Part shown: one piece after another, positions 47,962 through 59,300 of the stretch
Layout of the letters: every line of letters begins with the position of its first letter
How positions within the stretch are numbered: position 1 is the stretch's first letter
NCBI GenBank assembly: GCA_963807785.1
Contig: CAWEEC010000076.1
Coordinates: forward strand, 270-64,269
From: an uncultured Gammaproteobacteria bacterium
GTDB lineage: Bacteria; Pseudomonadota; Gammaproteobacteria; SZUA-229
Length of the DNA stretch: 64,000 nucleotides
Direction: 5' to 3'
Notes under the pieces: model-generated
Seen by the model: only the letters and a program-made list of their open reading frames with translations
The model's database searches: none
Told to the model about the DNA's origin: nothing
Program-made: the position numbers and the translations under genes

Positions 47962-49855
47962 TCAGAATTCGACTGACTCCAGCTGTTCCCATCGCCGGTA
48001 ACAGTCTTCCAGCTCTGCCGTCGCAGTTTCAAGATCCTGCTGCATTGTTATGATGTCGTTTTTGTCCTGCTTGAAAAATTCGGGCTTGCTCACTTCATCC
48101 GTCAATTGCTGCACCCTTGCTTCCAGCCTTTCGATTTTTTCCGGCAAACTATCCAGCTCGCGCTGGTGTTTATAACTACGCTTGGCTGGTTTGATTTGTT
48201 TCACTGCACTGGTTTCTTTCGCCACATCATTGTTTATCATAGTCGTGCTGAAAGGATCAATTTCACGCTGCCTCAGCCAGTCATCATAACCACCTACATA
48301 CTCAGCCACCCTGGCGTTACCTTCAAATACAAACGTACTGGTGACCACATTATTAACAAACTCACGGTCATGACTGACCAGTAATACGCTACCACCAAAC
48401 TCGAGTAACAATTCTTCAAGTAACTCGAGGGTTTCGATATCGAGATCATTGGTCGGCTCATCCAGCACCAGAACATTTGCAGGTTGCGAAAACAATCGCG
48501 CCAGTAACAAGCGACTTCGCTCACCGCCCGAAAGCGATTTCACCGGTGAGCGTGCACGTTCGGGTGAAAATAAAAACTCCTGTAAATAGCCAATGATATG
48601 TTTTGATTTACCGTTGATATCAATTCGTTCACGACCGTGTGAAACATTATCGATAACTGAAGCTTCTTCATCGAGCTGGGCTTTCATTTGATCAAAATAG
48701 GCAACCGCCAGATTGGTTCCTGATTTGATCTTGCCCTGTTGCGGCTGCAGTTGACCCAGTAAAATATTAAGTAATGTTGTCTTACCCACACCGTTGGGAC
48801 CAATAATACCAATGCGATCACCACGTAATATTGTGGTACTGAATTTTTTTAGCAGTGGTTTGTCCTGGTAGCTGAAACCGATGTCGGTTGCCTCAACCAC
48901 CAGCTTGCCCGAGCGCTCCGCCTCGGAAATTTTCATTACTGCTCTGCCCGCGAGATCGCGTCGCTGCTGACGTTGGTTACGCAATTTCTGTAACGCGCGC
49001 ACCCTGCCCTCGTTGCGCGTGCGCCTTGCCTTTATACCCTGTCGAATCCAGACTTCTTCCTGGGCCAGCTTTTTATCAAAGCGCGCATTGGCTTCAGCTT
49101 GCTGCCTTGAGAAACTCATCTTTGCGCCTGAGGAAGGTCTGGTAGTCTCCGGGATAACTTTTCAGCTCGCCACGGTCGAGATCGATAATCCTGGTCGCCA
49201 GCTTGCGCAGGAAGGCCCTGTCGTGGGTAACGAACAGGACTGCGCCGTTATACGACAGTAACTGCTCCTCCAGCCAGGCGATGGCCGCGATATCGAGATG
49301 GTTGGTGGGTTCATCCAGCAGCAACAGGCCCGGTTTCTGTACCAGCGCCCTGGCCAGTAGCACACGCCTCTTCATGCCGCCTGACATCAACTCCAGCCGT
49401 GCGTCACCATCGAGTTGCATGCGACTGAGTATGGATTCTACCTGCTGATTCAGCTGCCACGCGCCGGCAAGTTCTACCGCATGTTGCGCTTTCTCGAGCG
49501 CTGCTTCGGCCTTGCTGTTATGTTCGAGTGCGAGCCGGTGAACGGCGTGGTGATAGGCTTTTAATAATTCAGCCGACTGCCCCAGTCCCTGCGCCACCAC
49601 ATCGAACACTGAACCACCCTCGCCAATTCGGACCTGCTGGTCCAGTTTGGCTGTCACCAGGTTCTGCTGGCGCTCAATCTCGCCGCTATCAGGCACGATA
49701 TCCCCGGCAATGACGTTCATCAGGGTCGATTTACCCATACCGTTTCTACCCAGCAGGCACACACGTTCACCCGCGTCTATCGACAGGCTGATGTGTTGCA
49801 GAATGGCCGGGCCGCCAAAACTGACGCTGATGTTACGCAAACGAATGATGGACAT
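47962..49855 (-). pseudogene. uup: ABC-F family ATPase (Uup-like) with one frameshift
   Basis: The first ABC domain (GRNGMGKSTLMNVIAG, MSGGMKRRVLLARAL, LLLDEPTNHLD) ends ...GDYQTFLRRKDEFLKA. Another frame then continues QQAEANARFDKKLAQEEVWIRQGIKARRTRNEGRV, the second ABC domain (GPNGVGKTTLLNIL, LSGGERSRLLLARL) and a C-terminal coiled coil. The shift is near 49100. Confidence 0.85.
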
Positions 49856-50150
49856 AATTTCTGCAGCTAAAAAGACGGGGATTATAACCTGCCGATTGGC
49901 CCTACCTGAGCGCTGGATTAATCCACAGCTCAGCGAAAATCACGCCTTGCTGGTGATGTTGTGCACAGGCTGAAAAACCAGGCCGCGGAGAACAATATTA
50001 GAGGAACATTATGAAATATATTTGTCAATGCTTTTGCCGAACATAATTGTACATAACTGTTTTTAATGAACTTGTTTTTCCATATCGACATAAACCATTG
50101 ATCGCTGACATAATCTGCACTCACCCCTGGTGCTTCAACTTGGTGCAAAA

Positions 50151-50171
50151 CTATCCACAAAGTTATCCACA
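50151..50171. promoter_or_regulatory. Two direct DnaA boxes (CTATCCACA and TTATCCACA) spaced 12 bp start to start
   Basis: 50151..50159 has one mismatch and 50163..50171 is an exact consensus match. Both lie in the 685-bp uup / metH intergenic region. Confidence 0.45.
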
Positions 50172-50229
50172 GCTTGTGAAACCTGGTTTACCGACTGGCG
50201 TGTTACGATGAAATATTCATCTGCAGGTG

Positions 50230-50258
50230 AAAAAAAAAGCCGGTACAGGTGTACCGGC
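50230..50258 (-). terminator. Rho-independent terminator on the minus strand, about 280 nt downstream of the metH stop
   Basis: The minus strand reads GCCGGTAC-ACCT-GTACCGGC followed by TTTTTTTTT. Confidence 0.75.
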
Positions 50259-50540
50259 ATCAAGGTGAGAGAGTCTTACAACTTGCAGAGAATTTCCTTC
50301 CATTGAACGAGCAAGAAATTCTATATATCCATGATAGCTAATGCATTAAGCTTGCCATATTTTATAACTTTATGTTTTTATTGATATTATTAACACTAAC
50401 GCATATGACTGGCGGCGTACTTGTAACCTATGTTGACACCTGTCCAGCTGTGATCCACCTGCCGGCACCCCAAAATAGTTAAATAATTCTTTAAAAACAG
50501 TAACTTAGCTCACTGCTGATGGCGTCAGGATTCTTGACAA

Positions 50541-53500
50541 TCAGGTATCGTAGCCCAACACAGGTGCCAGCCAGCGCTCAACAACTTGTTTTTTAAGGTT
50601 TTTTCGATCGACATAATCCTCAACCTGGTCTCGCTGAATTTTTCCGGTACCGAAATACTGTGATTTCGGATGTGAAAAATACCAGCCAGAAACAGAAGAA
50701 GCCGGCATCATGGCATAGCTCTCGGTTATTTCCATACCCGCGTTGCTGTCCGGCTCGATCAGCTCCCATAGCGACTGCTTTTCAGTGTGATCAGGACAGG
50801 CCGGGTAGCCGGGCGCGGGCCTGATGCCCTGGTACTGTTCTGCAATCAACTGTTGATTGGTCAGGTTTTCATCAGCAGCATATGCCCAGAACTCCTTGCG
50901 CACGCGCTCATGCATGCGCTCGGTGAAAGCCTCGGCCAGACGGTCTGCCAGCGCCTTGAGCAGGATACTGTTGTAGTCATCGTGGGCTGCCTCGAAGCGC
51001 TGCACATGCTGCTCGATGCCAATCCCCGTGGTGACCGCGAAGGCGCCGATGTAATCCCTGATCTCTGTCTCTGCGGGTGCGATAAAATCAGACAGACACC
51101 AGTTCGGCCGTTGTGGTGGTTTCGCCAGTTGCTGTCGTAAATGATGCAGTACTGTGACGACCTCATCGCGTGATTCATCAGTAAATACCAGGATGTCATC
51201 ATCAAAACTGTTGGCCGGGAAAAAGCCGATAACGGCACGTGCTGTCAACCACTTCTCATCAACAATCTGTTGCAACATGGCCTGGGCGTCAGCAAACAGA
51301 CTTCTCGCCTGTTCACCTACCACCTCATCATCCAGTATCTTCGGGTACTTGCCAGCCAGTTCCCAGGTATGAAAGAAAGGTGTCCAGTCGATATAACTGG
51401 TTAGCTCCTGCAAGTCATAGTCATCGAAAGTTTTCAGACCAAGAAACGTCGGCACCGGAGGCGTGTAATTATCCCAGTCATCCTTGAAACAATTATCACG
51501 CGCCTGTTGCAGGGATACTGTTTTTTTAGTGGAATTGCGTTGCTCGCGCTGCTCTCGCATCTGCGCATATTCTTGCTTGATACCGTTAACGTAGTCATGG
51601 CTACGCTCATCACTTAATAGCTCACCCGCAACACCGACTGCACGTGATGCATCCGGTACATAAACAACAGCATTAGAATACTTCGGGTCGATCTTGACTG
51701 CAGTATGTATACGTGAGGTTGTGGCACCACCAATCAACAACGGTATGTTAAGACCCAGGCGCTGCATCTCAGACGCCATGTGAGCCATTTCTTCCAGTGA
51801 TGGCGTAATCAAGCCAGATAAACCAATGATATCCACCTGGTGCTTTTCTGCTTCATGCAGAATTGTTTCCGCGGACACCATGACGCCCAGGTCGATGACT
51901 TCATAGTTATTACATTGCAACACAACACCGACAATATTTTTACCTATATCGTGCACGTCACCCTTGACGGTTGCCATCAGGATCTTGCCATTGCTGCTGC
52001 TAGCGGCAGCATCTTTTTCAGCTTCCAGATAAGGCATCAAATGGGCCACGGCCTTTTTCATCACGCGTGCCGACTTGACCACCTGCGGCAGAAACATCTT
52101 GCCTTCACCAAACAAATCACCAACGATGTTCATACCATCCATTAATGGTCCTTCTATTACATGTAATGGACGTACTGCCTGCTGTCTAGCCTCTTCCGTA
52201 TCTTCGTCAATGTATTCAGTGATGCCTTTTACCAGCGCATGCGCAAGCCTTTCATTGACTGGCAAGTCGCGCCATGCCTGGTCTTCCTTGATATGCGCCG
52301 TTGTTCCATCGCCCATGTAAACAGGCGCAATCTCAATCAGTCGATCAGTGGCGTCATCAGACCTGTTGAGGACGACGTCCTCCACTGCCTCACGCAGTTC
52401 CGCAGGCAGATCGTCATAAACGGCGAGCTGACCGGCATTGACGATACCCATGTCCATACCGGCCTTGATTGCATGGTAGAGAAATACAGAATGAATAGCC
52501 TCACGCACCGGGTTGTTGCCGCGGAAAGAGAATGAAACATTGGATACACCACCCGACACCAGGGCGTGTGGTAATGTCTGTTTAATGCCACGCGTTGCCT
52601 CGATGAAATCGACCGCATAATTATTGTGTTCTTCTATTCCGGTAGCAACTGCAAATATATTCGGATCGAAAATGATGTCTTCCGCCGGGAAACCGACTTT
52701 CTCGGTGAGGATATTGTACGAACGTGTACATATATCAAGCTTGCGCTTGTAGGTATCGGCCTGCCCGTCTTTATCAAAAGCCATTACTATCACCGCGGCA
52801 CCGTATCGACGAACCTTTTTGGCGTGCTGTATAAAGGCTTGCTCACCTTCCTTGAGCGATATCGAGTTCACGATACTCTTGCCTTGTATACAGCGTAATC
52901 CGGCTTCAATCACCTCCCACTTGGAAGAGTCGATCATCACTGGTACACGTGATATATCCGGCTCGGCTGCAATCAGGTTGAGGAAGCGCTTCATCACTGC
53001 TTGCGAGTCGAGCATGCCCTCATCCATGTTGATGTCAATGATTTGCGCACCATCATCAACCTGTTGCTGCGCCACGCTCAGCGCTTCTTCATAATGCTCA
53101 TCCTTGATCAAGTGCTTGAATTTTGCCGAGCCGGTGACATTGGTGCGTTCACCAACGTTCACGAACAGCGAGTCTGCACCAATGCTGAAGGGCTCCAGTC
53201 CTGACAGCCTGCACTCGACTGCCAGTTGCGGTATTTTACGCGGCGGTAGATGTTTTACTGCTTCAGCAAATGCACGAATATGCTCTGGGGTCGTACCACA
53301 GCAGCCACCGACGATGTTCAGAAAACCACTCTCGGCCCATTCACCAATCGCAGTAGCCATATCATCCGCATCAAGATCATAGCCCCCCATTTCATTGGGC
53401 AGCCCTGCATTAGGATGCGCAGACACATAGAACTGGGAAATGCGTGACATCTCCTCCACATACTGACGCAGGTCATCAGGACCCAGTGCACAGTTAAGGC

Positions 53501-54230
53501 CGATAGATACCGGCTCGGCATGGCGCAATGAATTGTAAAAGGCTTCCGTCACCTGGCCGGTCAGAGTGCGACCCGACTGATCAGTAATGGTACCGGAGAT
53601 CATTACCGGTAATTCGATTTTATCCTCGTCGAAAACCTGCTTCACGGCAAAGATTGCCGCCTTGGCATTCAAGGTATCGAAGATGGTTTCGATGAGGATG
53701 ATGTCGGCACCACCCTCAATCAGTCCTCGCGTTGATTCAGTGTATGCATCGACCAGTTGTTCAAAGGTAATATTACGAAATGCAGGATCATTAACATCAG
53801 GCGAAATTGAGCAGGTGCGATTGGTCGGCCCGAGTATACCGGCTACGAAGCGCGGTCTGTCGGCCGTTTCCAGTGCATCGGCTGCCTCACGCGCCAGTCT
53901 GGCGGCTGCCACATTGATTTCATAACTGAGCTCTTCCATGGCGTAGTCTGCCATCGCGATCCTGGTCGCGTTGAAGGTATTCGCCTCGATAATATCGGCT
54001 CCAGCCTGAAGATACTGGGTATGAATATCACGGATCACTTCCGGTTTGCTCAACACCAGCAGGTCATTATTGCCCTTCAGGTCCGATGGCCAGTCAGCAA
54101 AGCGCTCGCCGCGATAATCCGCCTCACCCAGATTACAGCGCTGGATCATGGTGCCCATGGCACCATCCAGTATCAGAATTCGTTGTTTCAGCAAGTCGTA
54201 AAACTTTGCCAGGCGTTGTTCTCGTAACAT
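50541..54230 (-). CDS. metH: Cobalamin-dependent methionine synthase
   Basis: 1229 aa from the ATG at 54230. It has a Hcy-binding domain ([12 protein letters not shown]), pterin-binding domain, B12-binding DxHxxG ([11 protein letters not shown]) and an AdoMet activation domain. Confidence 0.95.
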   Translation of the reverse strand: MLREQRLAKFYDLLKQRILILDGAMGTMIQRCNLGEADYRGERFADWPSDLKGNNDLLVLSKPEVIRDIHTQYLQAGADIIEANTFNATRIAMADYAMEELSYEINVAAARLAREAADALETADRPRFVAGILGPTNRTCSISPDVNDPAFRNITFEQLVDAYTESTRGLIEGGADIILIETIFDTLNAKAAIFAVKQVFDEDKIELPVMISGTITDQSGRTLTGQVTEAFYNSLRHAEPVSIGLNCALGPDDLRQYVEEMSRISQFYVSAHPNAGLPNEMGGYDLDADDMATAIGEWAESGFLNIVGGCCGTTPEHIRAFAEAVKHLPPRKIPQLAVECRLSGLEPFSIGADSLFVNVGERTNVTGSAKFKHLIKDEHYEEALSVAQQQVDDGAQIIDINMDEGMLDSQAVMKRFLNLIAAEPDISRVPVMIDSSKWEVIEAGLRCIQGKSIVNSISLKEGEQAFIQHAKKVRRYGAAVIVMAFDKDGQADTYKRKLDICTRSYNILTEKVGFPAEDIIFDPNIFAVATGIEEHNNYAVDFIEATRGIKQTLPHALVSGGVSNVSFSFRGNNPVREAIHSVFLYHAIKAGMDMGIVNAGQLAVYDDLPAELREAVEDVVLNRSDDATDRLIEIAPVYMGDGTTAHIKEDQAWRDLPVNERLAHALVKGITEYIDEDTEEARQQAVRPLHVIEGPLMDGMNIVGDLFGEGKMFLPQVVKSARVMKKAVAHLMPYLEAEKDAAASSSNGKILMATVKGDVHDIGKNIVGVVLQCNNYEVIDLGVMVSAETILHEAEKHQVDIIGLSGLITPSLEEMAHMASEMQRLGLNIPLLIGGATTSRIHTAVKIDPKYSNAVVYVPDASRAVGVAGELLSDERSHDYVNGIKQEYAQMREQREQRNSTKKTVSLQQARDNCFKDDWDNYTPPVPTFLGLKTFDDYDLQELTSYIDWTPFFHTWELAGKYPKILDDEVVGEQARSLFADAQAMLQQIVDEKWLTARAVIGFFPANSFDDDILVFTDESRDEVVTVLHHLRQQLAKPPQRPNWCLSDFIAPAETEIRDYIGAFAVTTGIGIEQHVQRFEAAHDDYNSILLKALADRLAEAFTERMHERVRKEFWAYAADENLTNQQLIAEQYQGIRPAPGYPACPDHTEKQSLWELIEPDSNAGMEITESYAMMPASSVSGWYFSHPKSQYFGTGKIQRDQVEDYVDRKNLKKQVVERWLAPVLGYDT

Positions 54231-54351
54231 GATCAGGATCAGGCACACTCAGAGTTAAAAGCGGTGCATTATAGCAGCACTTGGGCGCCAGCCTGATACA
54301 GCGATCACGAGATTTGTGCGAATGCGGCCAGTCTGGTGGTATTATGCGACC

Positions 54352-55080
54352 ATGAGCTCGCAGAATCTCAATCTGTATCTCACTACCGAGCATGAATGTG
54401 GTTATTTACCGGATCACATGGCGACTAACCTTGTGCCTGACCCGTGCGTTCAGATGAACATGCAGCTCTATAGCCAGCTCATCGAACTGGGATACAGGCG
54501 CAGCGGCAGCCACACTTACCGGCCACACTGCAAGCATTGCCGCGAGTGCATACCATGCCGCATACAGGTCAACAGGTTCAGACCCAACAGAAGCCAGCGA
54601 CGCTGTCTGCAAATCAACAGCAACTGTTCAACCCGGCTGGTAAAAGCAGAATACAACAGCGAACATTTCGAACTATACCAACGTTACATCAATGCGCGCC
54701 ACGCACATGGCAATATGGCCAACCCTCTGCCTGAAGACTACAAGCACTTTCTATACAGTGACTGGAGCGACACATTCTTTCTCGAAATCAGGGACAACAG
54801 CAAGTTGCTGGCTGTTGCCGCATGTGACCATGTCAAATCAGGAATATCTGCCGTTTACAGCTATTTCGACCCGCAGATATCAAATCGCAGTCTCGGAACC
54901 TATTGCGTACTTAAAATGATAGCGCAAACAATGCATATGGGTCATGACTATCTATATCTTGGTTATTTGATTCATGGCAGTAATAAAATGAGATACAAAA
55001 AGAATTTTCGGCCGCTTGAATTGTTAATCGATAATCAATGGCAGAACTATCACTGGAGCGAACCGAGTGATACAGTTTGA
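54352..55080 (+). CDS. bpt: Arginyl-tRNA-protein transferase family (bacterial Asp/Glu leucyltransferase)
   Basis: EHECGYLPDHMATNLVPDP...GYRRSGSHTYRPHCKHCRECIPCR...AVYSYFDP...SLGTYCVL...YLYLGY are typical Bpt/Ate blocks. Confidence 0.8.
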   Translation: MSSQNLNLYLTTEHECGYLPDHMATNLVPDPCVQMNMQLYSQLIELGYRRSGSHTYRPHCKHCRECIPCRIQVNRFRPNRSQRRCLQINSNCSTRLVKAEYNSEHFELYQRYINARHAHGNMANPLPEDYKHFLYSDWSDTFFLEIRDNSKLLAVAACDHVKSGISAVYSYFDPQISNRSLGTYCVLKMIAQTMHMGHDYLYLGYLIHGSNKMRYKKNFRPLELLIDNQWQNYHWSEPSDTV

Positions 55081-55492
55081 ATCTACAATGCGGCAAGCAC
55101 TGAAAAAACGGCCTGCATTCAACAGACATTACATACTTTCAACGCGCAAGGCATTATTACTCAGCATCACAGTATTTATCCTCGGCGTATGGCTTAGCAT
55201 AGAAAATGAAAACTGGTCCTGGTTTGCGCGTTCCGGCTCGATGATCGTGGTGATCGGGATATTCCTTACTTCCAGCCAGATTATTGAAAACAACCGCAAG
55301 CTGAAGAAACGCCGCAACCATCGTGAGCAGAACTTCCATCGAGACTACGCCGAAGACATCAAGCGCGGCACCCTTGAGCGCTCACGCAGCCTGGATGAAG
55401 ACATCTGGGAAAATGGCCTGCGCGGTTTTTACCTGCTCATTGTCGGTACCCTGGTTTGGGGATTTGGCGACCTGGCGGGCCTGCTGTTCTAA
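55067..55492 (+). CDS. Hypothetical membrane protein
   Basis: Three hydrophobic segments separated by a basic loop (KLKKRRNHREQ). It overlaps the bpt end by 14 nt. Confidence 0.4.
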   Translation: MIQFESTMRQALKKRPAFNRHYILSTRKALLLSITVFILGVWLSIENENWSWFARSGSMIVVIGIFLTSSQIIENNRKLKKRRNHREQNFHRDYAEDIKRGTLERSRSLDEDIWENGLRGFYLLIVGTLVWGFGDLAGLLF

Positions 55493-55517
55493 ATGGTTTT
55501 CATGATAAAATGCCATC

Positions 55518-55829
55518 ATGAGCATGCAACAAACCATTACCAATAAACTCGAACAAGCCCTGTCTCCGCGGCATCTTGAAGTCATCAACGAGAGTCATAT
55601 GCATAATGTTCCGCAAGGTTCGGAATCACACTTCAAGATTGTAATTGTTAGTGATGAATTCAATAACAAGATGCTCATCGCTCGTCACCGCCTGGTTAAC
55701 AAGGCACTGGAACAGGAACTTAATAGCGGAATTCATGCGCTTGCGCTTCATACCCTGACCATGGAAGAATGGTTTGAAAAGGGCAAGGCAGCAGAATCAC
55801 CACCTTGTGAGGGCGGTAACAAGAACTGA
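55518..55829 (+). CDS. BolA-family protein
   Basis: ITNKLEQALSPRHLEVINESHMHNVPQGSESHFKIVIVSDEFNNKMLIARHRLVNKAL...IHALALHT. Confidence 0.8.
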   Translation: MSMQQTITNKLEQALSPRHLEVINESHMHNVPQGSESHFKIVIVSDEFNNKMLIARHRLVNKALEQELNSGIHALALHTLTMEEWFEKGKAAESPPCEGGNKN

Positions 55830-55872
55830 TAAACCTCGTCTATACTTTCATACAGAATCAACGGAGATAAAC

Positions 55873-56103
55873 ATGTCATCACAGCTTGACCCAATTGTTC
55901 TCAATTTTCTGTATGTCGTATTAGGCGGCGTTCTGACACTACTGTTCATGAAACTGGGCTGCAGCATGTTTAACAAAATCGTCAGCTTCAATATCAGTGA
56001 TGAACTTGGTAAGGGCAATGTTGCAGTCGGGCTCATGGTCATGGGCCTGTTTATCGGTGTGGGGACCGCGTTAGGACTTGTTATCGGCCTGGGCCTGAGT
56101 TAA
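55873..56103 (+). CDS. DUF350-family small membrane protein
   Basis: GGAG precedes the ATG at 55873. It has two TM helices with ...ISDELGKGNVAVGLMVMGLFIGVG. Confidence 0.55.
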   Translation: MSSQLDPIVLNFLYVVLGGVLTLLFMKLGCSMFNKIVSFNISDELGKGNVAVGLMVMGLFIGVGTALGLVIGLGLS

Positions 56104-56124
56104 TCCAGGATAATTACCCGTCAC

Positions 56125-56682
56125 ATGCTAGCCGACAGAACATTCCTGCTGTTTATTACACTGTTCTGTATTAGCACGGTATTTGCATTCAATGACTATC
56201 CTGTTCATTCAGAAAAATGGACGGATGAATACGATCGACACTTTCGTAAATACAGCAAGCGATACTTCGGTCCGCTGTTCAACTGGCACTGGTTCAAGGC
56301 TCAGGCAATCGCCGAATCCAATTTGAATGCTGATGCTGTCAGCCATGTCGGTGCTGTTGGCCTGATGCAGATCATGCCAGACACGTTCAAGGAAATTAAT
56401 GACCAGAATCCGCACTTCGCGGAAGTAGACAAACCACGCTGGAACATAGCCGCTGGTATCTATTACGATCGCCTTCTATACAGAAAGTTTCCCACCACAC
56501 CTGAACAGGACAGACTGTATCTGGCACTCGCCAGTTATAACGCAGGCTACGGCAGAATCCTGAATGCTTCGAAAAAGCTAAAAACCGATTCGCCACTGTG
56601 GCCAGAAGTAAAACCACATATGCCTCGTGAAACCCGGGCTTATGTTGAACGTATCAAGAAACTGATGGGCACTACAGGCTGA
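56125..56682 (+). CDS. Lytic transglycosylase (SLT domain)
   Basis: FKAQAIAESNLNADAVSHVGAVGLMQIMPDTF...YNAGYGRI has the catalytic Glu context ES and the GLMQ and YNAG motifs. Confidence 0.8.
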   Translation: MLADRTFLLFITLFCISTVFAFNDYPVHSEKWTDEYDRHFRKYSKRYFGPLFNWHWFKAQAIAESNLNADAVSHVGAVGLMQIMPDTFKEINDQNPHFAEVDKPRWNIAAGIYYDRLLYRKFPTTPEQDRLYLALASYNAGYGRILNASKKLKTDSPLWPEVKPHMPRETRAYVERIKKLMGTTG

Positions 56683-57366
56683 CTAGTTCTTGTCTGCCAG
56701 TACGTGTGGCTGAACCAGTGGCTTGTATATCCAGGCAATCTCACCGCTTTCCAGCACACCGACTTGCATCCATTTGTCTTTGGCAGAAAGCTCAACCAGG
56801 TTTGCCCCTGCCTCGAGCACGGTTACAATCCCACTCTCGAGTGACGGCTGCTTGCGCACGTTAGCACGCTCCACCTTGACATCAAATAAGGGACCGAGCA
56901 GATATCCGTATGTGCGGATGATTTCCCGCTTTTGGGCCTGAATAGACTTGTCATTCCGCGCCAGCATCGACCTGATAATCATGTTGGCATCTTCATGGCC
57001 GTCTTCAACTGCCAGCAGGTAGTATTCAATTGCCCTGTCCATGTCCTTTCCAACCTGCCCTTCTCCCAGGCTGTACAGCATGGCTATGGAGAAACTGGCA
57101 TCGGTGTAGCCCTGATCGGACGCACGCTGCCACCACTCCAGGGCCCGGCTGTCATTCATCGCGAGCCCATAGCCATTGAGGTACATCCAGCCGATATTGT
57201 ATTGCGCTTCAGGATCGCCGGACTCTGCATATGGCTTGAGTACACAATAGGCCTCGGCAAAATCGCCCGCCCGCATGGCGTTTATGGCATCAGTTACATC
57301 ATCCGCCATTAATGACTGAGTCATTAATGCAGTTGACATGATGATGCAACAAATATACTTTTTCAT
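56683..57366 (-). CDS. Secreted Sel1-repeat protein with a C-terminal SH3b-like domain
   Basis: A signal peptide, Sel1 repeats (EAQYNIGWMYLNGYGLAMNDSRALEWWQRASDQG...), then VKVERANVRKQPSLESGIVTVLEAGANLVEL...WMQVG. Confidence 0.65.
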   Translation of the reverse strand: MKKYICCIIMSTALMTQSLMADDVTDAINAMRAGDFAEAYCVLKPYAESGDPEAQYNIGWMYLNGYGLAMNDSRALEWWQRASDQGYTDASFSIAMLYSLGEGQVGKDMDRAIEYYLLAVEDGHEDANMIIRSMLARNDKSIQAQKREIIRTYGYLLGPLFDVKVERANVRKQPSLESGIVTVLEAGANLVELSAKDKWMQVGVLESGEIAWIYKPLVQPHVLADKN

Positions 57367-57584
57367 TTATTCATTTTAATTCTGATTAGTCGAATTGCCA
57401 GTAGAACTAACGGCAAACTGTGCATGAATAAATCAAAGATATCAATCGGCCTGGTTAATTCACCCTCGGACAACATCCTTAGTTTCTCGAACAGATGCGG
57501 TTCAGGTTGAAATGGCGCAAGCGCAAAGAAAACGGCTATCACGAGCAATGCCTTTACAGGTATTTTGTCGATCCAGTTAAGCAT
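57363..57584 (-). CDS. Small two-TM hypothetical protein
   Basis: 73 aa with two hydrophobic helices. Its stop overlaps the start of the Sel1-repeat gene. Confidence 0.4.
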   Translation of the reverse strand: MLNWIDKIPVKALLVIAVFFALAPFQPEPHLFEKLRMLSEGELTRPIDIFDLFMHSLPLVLLAIRLIRIKMNK

Positions 57585-57629
57585 GGTATCTACTCGGGGT
57601 TATGCAACAGATTATATTTTATACGCGGA

Positions 57630-59204
57630 TTACTGCGCAAAGTAGTGCTTAAGGTATTCGTCGAAATCAAGGCTGTCTTCAGCCTCTATTCGAAGCTGTT
57701 GCGCAATCGAATCGTTCGCTGCCAGCTCGAACAGGCGCTTTCTTTCCTCGTTTAGTTTCAGCGAATTGAAATACCTGTGATGCTTCAATGACATGCGCCG
57801 CGCAAAGTGAAAGAATCCCTCACCATTTTCCCGCATCTCATTCAACATGCGGGCGGACGTCGTCAACGCAGGATCAAGTACACATTCGTGCTGTGTTGCG
57901 AGACTTTCACAATATGAGGTACTGTTATGCGCACAATCCAGCAGACTGGCAACGCCTTGCATCACCGCCAGCAGATCAGTCGCCCACGCTTTTAACTCTA
58001 TCGCCTGGTCATTACACGTGAGCCTGATGCCTGGCTCGCGACCCATATGTGCGACCTGAACGAGATTCATGTCAATCTCGTTAACCTCGTCCGCTGATAA
58101 CACAGGGCTATCCTGTAGCAGACAAAATAACACAAATGTCTCGAGAAATCGTAGTTGTTGTTCATTTATACCCAACGGATCAAACGCATTAACATCGATC
58201 GATCTGATTTCTATGTATTGAATACCCCGTTGCTGCAATGCGTTGGTAGGTTTTTCATTATCATCTAAAACCTGTTTGGGACGAACCGTACTGTAATATT
58301 CATTTTCAATCTGCAGAATATTGGCATTAAGCTGGCGGTATTCACCATCGACCTTGACACCGATTTTTTTATATTCATCAAACGGTGTGTTGATCGCACA
58401 TCGTAAACTTTCGATGTAAGCCTCAAGACTGTCATAGTTGGCTTTTATACCCGCCATGCTCTCCTTGCTGTTTGTGTAGCCGATATCCCCCATGCGTAAC
58501 GAAGTAGCGTAGGGTTCATAAGCTGTATTATCATTAAATGAAGACAGCATGGATGGCTTTCCATGCAGAAAGGATTTGCATACTGCGGGTGAGGCACCAA
58601 ACAGATAAGGTATCAGCCAACCATAACGCAGCATGTTCCTGACCAGGCACATATAGCGTTCGGATATAAATGACTGCCTTTGCTGGCTGTCGTTTTCTAT
58701 GCCCTGATAAAGCGCCCAGAAATTGTCTGCAAACGAATAATTAAAATGTACGCCGGCGATCACCTGCATAGTACGCCCATAGCGATACCCAAGACCACGG
58801 CGATATACTGTTTTCATCATACCGGCATTGGATTTGCCATATTGCGCAATCGGAATACTCTCGCCGCTTTCAACAACACAGGGCATGCTTGTCGCCCACA
58901 GGATTTCATCTCTCAAGCGTGAATATACGAACATCTGCAGACTGTTCAAAAAGTCCAGCGCCTGGTCAACGGAGTCGCACGGGGGAGTTATCATCTCCAG
59001 TAATGCTTCGGAAAAATCGGTGGTGATATAGCGGTTGGTTAAAGGTGATCCCAGTGACCGCGGGTGCGGTGTTAGTGATATGCCACCCGTTTCAGCCACG
59101 CGCAAGCTTTCCTTTTCAAGCCCGATCCTGGATTGAGATAAAGCGTCGACCTGCCCCGAATCAATTATTGCGGACAAACGTTGTTCAAGTTTATGGTACG
59201 ACAC
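57630..59204 (-). CDS. gshA: Glutamate-cysteine ligase
   Basis: RIGLEKESLRV...ITTDFSEALLEMITPP...GVHFNYSF are proteobacterial GshA blocks, in a 524-aa protein. Confidence 0.9.
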   Translation of the reverse strand: MSYHKLEQRLSAIIDSGQVDALSQSRIGLEKESLRVAETGGISLTPHPRSLGSPLTNRYITTDFSEALLEMITPPCDSVDQALDFLNSLQMFVYSRLRDEILWATSMPCVVESGESIPIAQYGKSNAGMMKTVYRRGLGYRYGRTMQVIAGVHFNYSFADNFWALYQGIENDSQQRQSFISERYMCLVRNMLRYGWLIPYLFGASPAVCKSFLHGKPSMLSSFNDNTAYEPYATSLRMGDIGYTNSKESMAGIKANYDSLEAYIESLRCAINTPFDEYKKIGVKVDGEYRQLNANILQIENEYYSTVRPKQVLDDNEKPTNALQQRGIQYIEIRSIDVNAFDPLGINEQQLRFLETFVLFCLLQDSPVLSADEVNEIDMNLVQVAHMGREPGIRLTCNDQAIELKAWATDLLAVMQGVASLLDCAHNSTSYCESLATQHECVLDPALTTSARMLNEMRENGEGFFHFARRMSLKHHRYFNSLKLNEERKRLFELAANDSIAQQLRIEAEDSLDFDEYLKHYFAQ

Positions 59205-59300
59205 TGCTGATCCCGTTAGTGCGAAGATTTTCTGGTATAAATCACCGCGTTAGAGGTGGCTGAAATGGCTTTGCTATATAAGCAGCCGATTATACATGTT

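Noticed and set aside
50151-50171. Replication origin (oriC) suggested by the DnaA boxes
   Set aside because: There are only two boxes, with no AT-rich 13-mer-like unwinding repeats and no dnaA, dnaN or gidA neighbours. A regulatory or titration site is more plausible.
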